In this document: positions 24,729-36,264 of the stretch, piece by piece
How the letters are laid out: each line of letters starts with the position of its first letter
Numbering within the stretch: position 1 is the first letter of the stretch
DNA from: Octopus sinensis
Taxonomy: Eukaryota
DNA: 64,000 nt
Assembly: GCF_006345805.1 (NCBI RefSeq)
Contig: NC_043021.1
Location: forward strand, 16,864,001-16,928,000
Reading direction: 5' to 3'
The notes under the pieces: generated by a model
What the model was told of the DNA's origin: nothing
Databases searched by the model: none
The model's input: only the letters and a program-made list of their open reading frames with translations
Made by a program: the position numbers and the translations under genes

Positions 24729-24836
24729 GTATAAATATAGTGTTTGGTAACAGAGAAGTTCAATAGTGTGATGAGAATATTTGGGAAAATTTGGCAGAAA
24801 AGGATAATCCCACTCGTGCGATACCCCACAACTCAA

Positions 24837-24867
<31 letters not shown>

Positions 24868-24984
24868 CATGTATGTATGTATGTATGCATGTTTGTATGT
24901 GTGTATGTGTGTGTGTGTATATATATATATAAATATATGTATTTTATTGTGTAGTTTTATTGTTACATCCTGTTTGTGTTCTTA

Positions 24985-25410
24985 CCCGTTTTACCCCGCT
25001 GCTTGGAATTTTGTTTTAATTCTCTCGCAGGAAGGCCTAGTTAACGAGTGTCCTGTCTTGCCCTCGAAACACGCTTGAGTTAACTAGCGACAGCTGATGA
25101 CGGTGGATTTTTCCTTGTGTAGCTTGTCCTGTACTTGTTTTCTTGTTGTAAAAAAATTTTTGGATTTTTCCTTGTGTAGCCTGTCCTGTACTTGTCGTTA
25201 AATTTTTGTTTTTCCCGTTTCTACGTCTTGTTGTGGCGTCCTGTACTTATATTTATTTATATATGCATGTATATATACATGTAGATGTAGGTACGTACAT
25301 ATATGTTTGTATGTATGCATATATTTTTAATTATCACATTATTGTCTGACAGCGCCCCGCGTCAGGTTCGTTTCGATGTGTCGGTTCGTTCCACTTCTTG
25401 TCTCCATTCG
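24985..25410 (+). mobile_element. Penelope-like non-coding repeat with a degenerate hammerhead-like motif
   Basis: CGCAGGA-AGGC...GCCCT-CGAAACACGC, an internal ~60-bp duplication (GGATTTTTCCTTGTGTAGC), and microsatellite-embedded context. Confidence 0.45.
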
Positions 25411-25452
<42 letters not shown>

Positions 25453-25699
25453 CTAAATATATATATGTGCATGTGTTTGTGTATGTGTGTTCGTGTCCCC
25501 CCCACCATTACTTGACAGCTGGTGTTAGTGTGTTTACATCTCTGTAACCTAACAGTTCAGCAAAAGAGACTGATAGAAAAAGAATCGTGAAGTTCCAAAG
25601 ACGGGAAACCTTTAACGAGACAAGAATCTGAAAAGGTAGAAGAAAAACTTGAAGGAATTTAAAATAACTCAAAAGATTTTATCGCTTTTTGGAGCGTTT

Positions 25700-26560
25700 T
25701 TCCAACACGGTGGTGGTGGTGGCAGCGTCGGCAGTGGCGGTGGGGCGGCAGTGGCGGTGGTGGCGGCAGGGGCGGTGATGGTGGGGAGACTGTGGAAGTG
25801 GCAGCGGCGGTGGTGGTATGGGTGGTAGCGGTGGTAAGGGACAGTAGGGAGCGATAGGGGTAGCAGTGGTGGTGGTGCGGGGTGGGGGGTGTTGGGGGTT
25901 TTGTATGCTCTTCCGTTGGCCCATAGGAAGATCTTTGAAGAACACTCCCAAAAGATAAAACATAATGATAATATGACAACAACAACGACAACAGCAGCAG
26001 CAGCAGCAGCAATGAAAAGAACAACAACAACAACGACAACAACAACAAAAGGAATAGCAACAACAAGTGAATGAGGCCATCATAGACTCACGGGAAACAG
26101 ATGCAAGCATCAACATTATCATCAGCAGCATCATCACTATCGTTGTCGTCGTCGTTGTCGTCATCATCAACATCATCATCTTCATCATTATCATCATCGT
26201 CATCGTCGTCGTCATCATCGTCACCATCATCATCTTCATCTTCATAATTATCATCATCACCACCATCATCATCACCATCATCATCTTCATCTTCATCATT
26301 ATCATCATCGTCATCATCAACATCATCATCATCTTCATCATTATCATCATCGTCATCATCAACATCATCATCATCATCTTCATTATTATCATCATCGTCA
26401 TCATCGTCATTATCATCATCACCATCATCATCTTCATCATTATCATCATCACCATCATCATCTTCATCATTATCATTATCATCATCACCATCATCATCTT
26501 CATCATTATCATTATCATCATCACCATCATCATCTTCATCATTATCATCTTCAAGATCAG
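25700..26560. repeat. (GGT/GGC), (CAA/CAG) and long (ATC)n tracts
   Basis: Directly visible. Confidence 0.92.
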
Positions 26561-26697
26561 TTGGTTACATCAACCGATCTAAGAAACATTGTCATTAGTC
26601 AGAAAATGGTAAAAAAAAAATGGTACCACCTTAAAACAACTCATATGGGAACACCTAAACCCAAACAAACTACAATGTTATGATGATGACGGTGATG

Positions 26698-26732
<35 letters not shown>

Positions 26733-26759
26733 TATAATAATAATAATAATAATAATCTT

Positions 26760-27310
26760 CATCATCGTTTAACGTGCGCTTTCCATGCCAGCATGGGATG
26801 GACGATTTTGACTGAGGGCTGGCGAGCCAGATGGCTGCACCAGGCTCCAATCTTGATCTGGCAGAGTTTCTACAGCCGGATGCCCTCCTATCGCCAACCA
26901 CTCCGAGAGTGTAGTGGGTGCTTTTTACGTGCCACCTGCACGGGGGCCAGTCAAGCGGCACTGGCAACGATTTCGTTTGAATCTTTTTACATGTGCCACC
27001 GGCACAGGTGCCAGTGAAGCGACGTTGGTAACGATCATGCTCAAATGGTGCCCTTTTACATGCCATGAGTACAGAAGCCAGCTGGCTGCTCTGGCAACAA
27101 TCACGCTCGGATGGTGCACTTGGCACCCTGCTAGCACAGGCATAAGTGCCAGTAAGGCGACGCTGGTAACGATCATACTCGAATAGCCGCTCTGTCAACG
27201 ATTACACTCGTATGGTGCTCTTTGCACCCCGCTAGCATGAATTCCAGTCATCGAATTGATTTTGATTTCACTTGCCTCAACAGGTCTTCGCAAGCAGAGT
27301 TTAGAGACCA
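26760..27310 (-). mobile_element. RTE LINE 3' end with modular 3' UTR (family C)
   Basis: Minus strand ..TGCTTGCGAAGACCTGTTGAGGCAAGTGA (RTE coding end), several internal GTGCCACC/GGTAACGATCA modules, then (GAT)n. Confidence 0.8.
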
Positions 27311-27548
27311 AAGAAGGAAAAGTAGGCATAAGCAGGCTGGTTACGCTCCTGGCATAGGCCAATGGTTACGGTCTTATTTGGCTTGCCGGGTCTTAACAAT
27401 AATAATAATAATAATATATCTTTACTGCCCACAAGGGGCTAAACATAGAGGGGACAAACAAGGACAGACAAAGGGATTAAGTCGATTACATCGACCCCAG
27501 TGCGAAACTGGTACTTTATTTATCGACCGCGGAAGGATGAAAGGCAAA

Positions 27549-27579
<31 letters not shown>

Positions 27580-27584
<5 letters not shown>

Positions 27585-27785
27585 GGGGCTGAATGCTACC
27601 TAGTTCAGATACCAGGAAACCCCAAAATGGCAGAAATTCAAAAGATAATGCTCATGGGAATTGCCCATATCCTACGTAAAATGTTGTCTATGTAATCCCA
27701 AATTTTAAAACAAACTTATAAATTTTCTTGTTTGCTTAGACATTCTCTAGAACAATACTTTGTGCAAAACCAAATATATGGCACC

Positions 27786-27820
<35 letters not shown>

Positions 27821-27860
27821 CACCACCACTGCCACCACCACCACCACCACCACTACCACC

Positions 27861-27894
<34 letters not shown>

Positions 27895-28008
27895 ACTACT
27901 ACTACTACTACTATTACTACTACTACCACCACCACCACCACCACCACCACCACTACTACTACCACCACCACCACCACCACCACTGCCACCACCACCACCA
28001 CCACCACC

Positions 28009-28048
<40 letters not shown>

Positions 28049-28071
28049 GTCTCTTGAGGTCTCTGGGTGAC
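27580..28071 (+). mobile_element. 5'-truncated R4/Dong-like LINE 3' end; 3' UTR interrupted by a microsatellite
   Basis: (AAT)n then KGAECYLVQIPGNPKMAEIQKIMLMGIAHILRKMLSM*. The UTR matches 35797-35907 (reverse) on both sides of an (ACT/ACC)n tract at ~27787-28047. Confidence 0.75.
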
Positions 28072-28254
28072 AATGTCACTAATGTATCACTGGGTATAAT
28101 TTTAATACCTGGGAGCACAAAAACGGGTGGAGATCTTCCAGTGGCCGTCACAGCCACCCAAGCTATAACCGACAGTGGATTTTGACATTGATTTACAAGT
28201 CTACCCTCAACGGAACCAGATACGTTCCAAAGTTAGCCATTCTCTTTTACGCTG

Positions 28255-28464
28255 TTACTTTTTCAGTCATGTGACTGTGGCCATGCTGGAGCACCGCCTT
28301 TAGTCGAGCAAATCGACCCCAGAACTTATTCTTTGTAAGCCTAGTACTTATTCTATCGGTCTCTTTTGCCGAACTACTAAGTTACGGGGATGTAAACACA
28401 CCAACATCAGTTGTCAAGTAAGGTTGGGGGGACAAACACAGACACACAAACATATACACACACA

Positions 28465-28498
<34 letters not shown>

Positions 28499-29172
28499 CA
28501 ACGGGCTTCTTTCAGTTTCCGTCTACCAAATCCACTCACAAGGCTTTGGTCAGCCCGAGGCTATAGTAGAAGACACTTGCCCAAGGTGCCACGCAGTGGG
28601 ACTGAACACGGAACCATGTGGTTGGTAAGCAAGCTACTTACCACACAGCCACCCCTATGCCTATATATATATATATGATGCCTTCTTTCAGTTTCTGTCT
28701 ACCAAATCCACTCACAAGGCTTTGGTCGGCCTGAGGCTATAGTAGAAGACACTTGCCCAAGGTGCCACGCAGTGGGACTGAACCCGGAACCATGTGGTTG
28801 GTAAGCAAGCTACTTACCACACAGCCACTCCTATACATATATAAAACGGGCTTCTTTCAGTTTCTGTCTACCAAATCCACTCACAAGGCTTTGGTCGGCC
28901 CGAGGCTATAGAAGAAGACACTTACCCAAGGTGCCACGCAGTGGGATTGAACCCGGAACCATTTGGTTGGTAAGCAAGCTACTTACCACACAGCCTCTCC
29001 TATACATATATAAAACGGGCTTCTTTCAGTTTCCGTCTACCAAATCCACTCACAAGGCTATGGTCAGCCCGAGGCTATAGTAGAAGACACTTGCCCAAGG
29101 TGCCACGCAGTGGGACTGAACCCGGAATCATGTGGTTGGTAAGCAAGCTACTTACCACACAACCACTCCTAT
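28255..29172 (-). mobile_element. SINE family A with its 5' head present four times in tandem
   Basis: One 3' body (28255-~28500) and four heads; CTTCTTTCAGTTT anchors at about 28506, 28683, 28851 and 29019. Confidence 0.9.
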
Positions 29173-29189
29173 GCCTATATTCTGTTTTC

Positions 29190-29510
29190 TTTTTTTTAAC
29201 TGTCTGTTTGATGTCAAATTTCTTTCCATCAGTGAACACCAGGTTGAGCAGCATCCCTTCAGCAATCTGATACAGGATAAGATGACTTCTCTCCACTCTT
29301 GTGGCCTTATAAACTTGCGTGAGCTCAAGACGGCAGATCATCTTGTAGAGGTCGGTCCTGAGATTCTCATTCAGCACTCAATACATCCATGTTCCATTTA
29401 TTTTTGCTGTGGCAGCCAGTCTTCTGATGGAACAACAAGGGCTTCACCATTTGATAAGCTGAGAGGTCCACTTCCTTTTTGGTCACATCCAGGTCAATCA
29501 GCAGTGGAAC
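29190..29510 (-). mobile_element. degenerate Tc1/mariner-superfamily transposase fragment (first catalytic D region)
   Basis: YKMICRLELTQ...RVERSHLIL...NLVFTDGKKFDIKQ resembles the (I/L)LFTDEK.F.I.Q motif of DD37D/DD41D-type transposases. Confidence 0.6.
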
Positions 29511-29514
29511 CACT

Positions 29515-29865
29515 CTCTTTTATTTCTCTTTTATTTGTTTCAGTCATTTGACTGCGGCCATGCTGGAGCACCGCCTTTAGTCGAGCAAATCGACCCTGGG
29601 ACTTATTCTTTGTAAGCCCAGTACTTATTCTATCGGTCTCTTTTGCCGAACCGCTAAGTGACGGGGATGTAAACACACCAGCATCGGTTGTCAAGCAATG
29701 CTAGGGGGACAAACACAGACACACAAACACACACACATACATATATACGACAGGCTTCTTTCAGTTTCCGTCTACCAAATCCACTCTTAAGGCATTGGTC
29801 GGCCCGAGGCTATAGCAGAAGACACTTGCCCAAGGTGTCACGCAGTGGGACTGAACCCGGAACCA
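29515..29865 (-). mobile_element. SINE family A
   Basis: Near identical to 23668-24085 in reverse orientation; 5' end truncated. Confidence 0.9.
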
Positions 29866-30079
29866 TGAATTTCTTGACAATTTTTCAGACTGTTGTTCGG
29901 TTAATTTTAATCTTTTTTTTTTTAACTATAGTTGTTCACCTCCTTTGTGGACAGTCATGATTGTATTTCGGTCTATAGCCATTATCTAATTTATAAATCT
30001 GAATTTAATTTGTCTGAAACCAAAAGAAGACACACTAAGCTTTTATAATAATGTATAATTTTCATATCTTATCGCATTA

Positions 30080-30471
30080 CTAGCAGTATCGCCCGGCGTT
30101 GCTCGGGTTTGTTTCAACCCTTTAGAATTGGAATTTTTGAAAAATAAAAATTTTGCATTATGTAGCTTGTTATTCTCTTTAAGTGAACATTTTTCTGGTT
30201 GAAATACACCGAAAAATGGTGACACAGCAGTAAAAAAATCGTAAAAAATAGGAATTTTCATAGAAAAAAAGCACCTTTTTGATGTAAATAATTTTTGGTG
30301 TTAACATGGTCTGATTTGAAATTTTTCTTCTACAGAAGGAAGAGCAAGCCTTCATCTATCATACTCTCAATTTTGATCAACTTGCGCCACAGGGTCTCGG
30401 AGGAGATAGTGTTAGTTGAAGGCTACCAAACCTACCATACACAGACAACTTCAGCTTTATATATAGAGAGA
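30080..30471 (-). mobile_element. non-autonomous Helitron
   Basis: Minus strand A|TC..TATATATAAAGCTGAAGTTG 5' end, CCCGAGCAACGCCGGG hairpin, then CGATACTGCTAG|T 3' end. Inserted between A and T. Confidence 0.85.
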
Positions 30472-30569
30472 TATATAAACTGAAACTTTGCCTTAATTTT
30501 GGAACACCCTGTATTATTATAATGTAATTTATTAAAAATAATTTCCTGATTACTATCTTAAGTGTATGG

Positions 30570-30757
30570 TAGCCTCTAAACTACTACTACTACTACTACT
30601 ACTACCACTACTACTACCACTACTATTACTGCTACCACTACTAATACTACCACAACTGCTACTACTACTGCTGCTGCTGCTGCTACTACTACTACTACTA
30701 CCACCACTAGAACTACTACTACTACTACTACTACTACTACACTAGCACTGCAATGAA

Positions 30758-30796
<39 letters not shown>

Positions 30797-31452
30797 CACT
30801 ACTACTACTACTACACTAGCACTGCAATGAATACCACCACTACTACTGCTGCTGCTGCTAGTACTGCTATTACTACTTATAACATGAATGTACCACAGCC
30901 TGGTTCTTGCTTTATTTCGCCTCTTCACTCCTTCAATTGCTGCCGTTGTGACCTCTCCAGATGGTCACGCTTCTCACATCCGCAATATTCTATACGAAAC
31001 AGAACACTTCGTATGCATTCCATCATCACTTCCTTTGCGTTACATATATGTGCGTATACACACACACACACCCCTGCACGTGCACAGCCGCGGATGCTCA
31101 TGTGGACACACGTACACACATACACATATATACATATGTACATATATACATATGTACATATATACATGTACGTATGCATACAAAAAACACAGGCACACAC
31201 ACACACACACATTCATGGGCGTATGTATTTGTATTGTTTGTAATGCATGTTAATGTGTGTGTGTGTATGTGTTCACATACATATATATGCATATGAGTGT
31301 ATGCATGTGTATGTGTGTGTGTGTAAATATATATATATATATAAATATATATGTATATATATATATGTATATGTATATATACAGTGTATGTATATATGTG
31401 TGTATATATACAGTGTGTGTATATATATATACAGTGTATATATATATATATA
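30570..31452. repeat. (ACT/GCT)n and (CA)/(TA)n tracts
   Basis: Directly visible. Confidence 0.85.
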
Positions 31453-32316
31453 TAGGGTACAATGGGGGTAAATTGTCAACATTTTATAGTTTTATTTTCG
31501 TGCATGCACTTTGTTTTTGATTTTGTCGATTACACAGTATAGTAGGGCCAGTTGGGCACCATCTGTGCGAAAAACGGTACCATGACACAATTCACTCTGC
31601 CAGAAATTTGGATACGACATGCTGTACTGCTTGGCATTCACATTGGAAGCACCAATATGAACATTTCAGAGTGTTTGGGTGTTAATCTGAGGACATGTAC
31701 TGAGAGGGATGAAAATCAAACATCCAGCCAATATCATGGTGTTTGGAGTAATCATTAGTGATGCTGACATTACGCTTCCATTCATCTTCCCACACAGTCT
31801 CAGACTCAGCACAGATGCCTACATCAAGTGCCGGAAGAAGGTAGTGTTGCCCTGGGTCAAGAAGGTGGCTGTTGGAAAATCCTATGTCAAGCAACTGGAC
31901 TCTGTACCATGCCACACAAGCAGGAGAACTCAGTCGTGGCTGTCAGACAATTTCTGTGACTACATCACCCCTATCATATGGCCACCTAACTCCCCAGATT
32001 GCAACCCCTTTGATTATTATGTGTGGGGTGCAGTTGGGCGAGAGACCAACAAAACTCCTTGTAACACCAAAAATGAACTGAAGGCAAAGATTATGGCAAC
32101 ATTCACCAACTTAAACAAGGAGACCATCCAGAAGAGTTGTAGGAGATTCCAAAGTCGTCTGGAGGCCATGGTTGAAGCCAGTGGCGATTTTATTGAATGA
32201 ATTTACTCTTTTTTATTTCAAGATGTTTTTATGGAATTTTGATAAATATGTCTTAAAATGAGATGTCAGTGTTATTTTTATTTTTGCATACTTTAGATAA
32301 TATATTCACCTCACCC

Positions 32317-32318
<2 letters not shown>
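31453..32318 (+). mobile_element. internally deleted DD37D (maT)-type mariner-like transposon
   Basis: ORF 31709-32200 has QLDSVPCH...WPPNSPDCNPFD with 37 residues between the aspartates. An N-terminal remnant MTQFTLPEIW lies upstream. Imperfect ends TAGGGT.. / ..CACCCTG. Confidence 0.88.
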
Positions 32319-32348
<30 letters not shown>

Positions 32349-32494
32349 TATAAACAATTTATAAACAAGGGTAAAAGAAAAAATTCTAATGCCAAATATG
32401 CCATTAGAATTTTTTGCTTTTGCCCTTGTTTATAAATTGTTTATAAATTTAACCTTTGAAGGTATTTTTTAATATGCTGTATACTATGCTTGTG

Positions 32495-32752
32495 TAGTCC
32501 TGTCAAGCCAAGTGAGACCATAATTGAGGTTGATGCCAGTGCCAGATCAATGGCACCTGTACCAGTGGCATGTAAAAAATACCCTCTACATTCTTGGAGT
32601 GGTTGGCATTAAGAAGGGCATCCAGCTGTAGAAACCTTGCCAAACCAGATCAGCACCTGGTGCAGCCCCCCCCCCCAGCTTACCAGTTTTCGGTCAAACC
32701 ATCCAACCCATGCCTGCATGGAAAGCGGACGTTAAACCATGATGATGATGAC
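32495..32752 (+). mobile_element. RTE 3' end (family C)
   Basis: CAAGCCAAGTGAGACC..AAGGGCATCCAGCTGTAGAAAC..CCAACCCATGCCTGCATGGAAAGCGGACGTTAAAC(CATG)(ATG)n. Confidence 0.85.
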
Positions 32753-32771
32753 ATATATATATATATATATG

Positions 32772-32972
32772 GGACCGCATGTGAACCGTTGGCAATTTTT
32801 TTCCTCTGTCTTCCCTTCTCTGGATCTTTCCTTCTCCTATGTTTCCGACGAAGAGCTCCGCTCGAAACGTTAAACCCTCCTTCTTCCCTTCCTTCCTCTT
32901 CCTGAGCGTCCAATAATACTATATTTGTTCCACGTCCTCGCGTTGTTGTGTTTTTTTGTGCTTTCTTGTTTG

Positions 32973-32980
<8 letters not shown>
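32772..32980 (+). mobile_element. short Penelope-like/retrozyme-like repeat (second copy)
   Basis: Reverse homolog of 17222-17400, flanked by (TA)n. Confidence 0.75.
32841..32875 (+). ncRNA. hammerhead motif with variant core (CCGACGA)
   Basis: Identical to 17314-17348 except U4 to C. Confidence 0.5.
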
Positions 32981-33003
<23 letters not shown>

Positions 33004-33083
33004 ATATATATATATATATTTACATAATACATACATATACACATATTATATATGAATATATATTATATATATGTATATATATA

Positions 33084-33115
<32 letters not shown>

Positions 33116-33267
33116 AATATATATAAAGATAGGTATGTGTATATGTATATGTATGCATATATGCACACACGCACACAAACGCACAGGCACACGCACACAC
33201 ATGCATAGATGCTTATACATACATATACAATACATACATGCATGCATATATACATATATATATATAT

Positions 33268-33322
<55 letters not shown>

Positions 33323-33456
33323 CTTTATTTAAAGCAGCAGAAAATTCAACAAAATCTGTTACTCTGAGTTTCTCGTTGGTGTTCATCAGACAGTTTTTGT
33401 TAGACAGTTTTTTTCCACCTTGTTTCACATTTATGTGTTTACTCCGGTGGATATAT

Positions 33457-33490
<34 letters not shown>

Positions 33491-34104
33491 CATGCACACA
33501 CAAACAGTAAATAATTTTTTTAAATTTCTCTGTTTTTTCCCCCTGTAGTCATATTTGTTGCACTCCACCTTTGACAAGACAAAACATTTCCGGATCTACA
33601 ATCCAAACCAATCCTTTACCAAAAACAAAAAATCGTCCTCGTTCTTCGTTCCTCATTCCTGCCAATCCTCTGCATTATTCCGACCATTCCATCATGCCAC
33701 CAGATGCTCTTCGGACACTTACTTATCTCTGCCAACCAAACAGGAAACAGCCGAGCAGGAGACTGCTAAGATTCCATTGTTCCTGATAGCGTCAGGATTT
33801 TCCACTTGAACAGACAATCACTTCATATTATCCAAGCAATCCTAAGATGACAATGACTTTGATGTTTATTTTTTTTGGGTGTTGTTTGTGTCTTTGTTTG
33901 CTGTTATTGTTGTTGTTTTTGCTTATATTGTTTTTGTACTTTAGAGGTTATTTTTTTGTTTTTTGACTTTTTTTGTTTGTGCTATTGACAAAATTCCAGC
34001 CTTATGCTATTCCCATTTCCTCTTCCTTCTCCTCCTCCCCATTTTCATCCTCATCATCCACATGCTTTTTGCTCATCCTCATCATCATCAGATTGATATT
34101 GTTG

Positions 34105-34157
<53 letters not shown>

Positions 34158-34173
34158 TATTATTATCATTATT

Positions 34174-34627
34174 GAGTGAGAGAGAGAACAGTGCATGCCA
34201 TCAAAGTAACACTGGGGTAAAATATACGAAGCCCAGTATGCCCATGATGACTACCCGTATGATAAGAGTACACCAGGCACATGCATCACAACCAAATGAT
34301 GGTCTCATATCAACATAAACAGCGCATGACCTTGCAGGTGGGGCCCAGTTAGAATTTTCTTCTGGTGGAGTAACCCATCCTGCTCAGAAGGTCCCTGAAT
34401 AAGGATTAAAGATGTTGAATGAACCACCCATGTCTCCAGAGGGGAATTATTCAAACCCCAAAGACTCCCTCTCAATACATGGCTATGATGCTCCCCCACT
34501 ACTTCTGCTCATGAATAGGGATGCACATATCGTCAGCCACTAAGGGACATGCTCAACTGGTTATGGTCAAATAACTGACAAGCAAATCTGTGGTATTGAG
34601 CAGAATATTTGCTGTAACCCATCTTTT
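34174..34627 (-). mobile_element. family D retroposon 3' region with (AAT)n tail
   Basis: Homologous to 18009-18566. (ATT)n lies on both sides. Confidence 0.75.
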
Positions 34628-34645
34628 ATTATTATCATTATTATT

Positions 34646-35693
34646 CAGTAGTTTTATTTTTATAGCGTGCTTTCACTTCACTACCGAGCGCAGCTCTGTG
34701 TGCCTTGGGTATGTGCTGTGATTTGTTGTGATGCTCTGATGGTTATTGTATGGAAAGTGTTCTGCGTAGGATGTGTGCAGTGCCTAGTAGTGCAATTTTC
34801 TGTATGTTATATGTGTTTGTAAGTCCTGGTGTTTTTGTTATATATTTGTCTGAATATTTTTTTATCATGCCTAATGCACCTACTATGATAGGAATTGTTT
34901 CTGTTTTCAGATTCCACATTCTAGTTACCTCTATTTCCAGGTCTTTGTATTTTGAGAGTTTCTCAATTTCTTTTAGAGACACGTTGTCATCAGCCGGTAT
35001 TGATACATCAATTAGAAAGCATTTTTTTTCTTCATGGTCTCTGACAACTATATCTGGTCTGTTGGCCTTAATTTCTCTATCTGTGTGTATCGGCATATCC
35101 CAGAGTATGGTTGCTTTCTCGTTTTCTGTGACCTTTTCTGGTGTGTGCCTATACCATCTTTTTTCTGTTGTTATTCCATAATGTTGGCATAGCTTCCAAT
35201 GTATGTAGGTTCCAACTCTGTCATGTCTGTGAATATATTCCTTCTTAGCCAGGACTGGGCAGCTAGAGATAATATGATTTATTGTTTCTTGTCCATCTCC
35301 ACATATTCTGCAGTTACTTGTAATATTTCTTTTCATTACATGTTTTTGGTAATTTCTGGTGGGGAGGCTTTGGTCTTGTGCTGCAATTAAAAATCCCTCT
35401 GTTTCTGCTTTGTGTCCTGAGCTTCTCAACCATTGCTGGGATTTTTCTTTGTCTATTTCTTTTGCGTTTAGTTTAGTCCAGTATTTACCATGAAGGGGCT
35501 TTTCTTGCCATCGTTTTATCATGGTTCGTTGCTGTTCTATTTTTAGTTTGGATTTCATTTGTTTTATAGCTTTTGTTGTTTCTTCATCTTCTTCTTCTTC
35601 TTCATGTTTATTAGGTGGTATGATTTTTTGTTTGTATTTGTCAGCTTCCTTAAATACTGAGAACAGTTTTTTGTTTTGCTCATGCTTTGCCGC
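34646..35693 (-). mobile_element. 5'-truncated R4/Dong-like non-LTR retrotransposon with an open 3' ORF (CCHC zinc knuckle plus REL endonuclease)
   Basis: Uninterrupted frame 35693 to 34743: ETEGFLIAAQDQSL..CRICGDGQETINHIISSC..RHDRV..WD..NRPDIV..IDVSIP..EKLSKYKDL..IVGALG..QKIALLGTAHILRRTL. ~100-bp 3' UTR. (AAT)n at both junctions. Confidence 0.93.
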
Positions 35694-35768
<75 letters not shown>

Positions 35769-35796
35769 CATCATTATTATTATTATTATTATTATC

Positions 35797-35906
35797 TTAT
35801 GTTTGACTTTTGCTTTACATTTGTACAAGTTGGCTCCAAGTCTCACCCAGAGACCTCAAGAGAACAGGTTGGAAGTTCATGCTGTTGTTATGCCTAGTGT
35901 GCCATA

Positions 35907-35907
<1 letters not shown>
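35797..35907 (-). mobile_element. ~110-bp 3' UTR end of a second R4-like family in (AAT)n
   Basis: Matches the 3' UTR of 27580-28071 (ATATATGGCAC..., TCTCTTGAGGTCTCTGGGTGA). (ATT)n on both sides. Confidence 0.7.
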
Positions 35908-35978
<71 letters not shown>

Positions 35979-35989
35979 AATTATTATTA

Positions 35990-36215
35990 TTAAGGCAACA
36001 AGCTAGCAGAATTGTTGGCACGCTGGACAAACTGCTTAGCGGTGTTTTCTCTACCACTATGTTATGAGTTCAAATTCTGCCGAGGTCAACTTTGCCAGTC
36101 ACCCTTTCTGGTTCGATAAATTAAGTACCAGTGAAACACTGGGGGGAGTTGATGTAATCAACTTGTCTCTTCCCCCAAAGTGGTTGCCCTTGCGGAAAAA
36201 TTTGAAACCATTATT
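35990..36215 (+). mobile_element. SINE family B
   Basis: AAGGCAACAAGCTAGCAGAA..GAGTTCAAATTCTGCC..AATTAAGTACCAG. Confidence 0.85.
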
Positions 36216-36264
36216 ATTGTTGCTGTTGTTGTTGTTGTTATTGTTGTTGCCTTTGCAAAGCTTC

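Noticed and set aside
34743-35846. 367-aa ORF as a host gene
   Set aside because: The N-terminus is another repeat plus poly-Ile from (ATT)n, and the remainder is LINE zinc knuckle/endonuclease.
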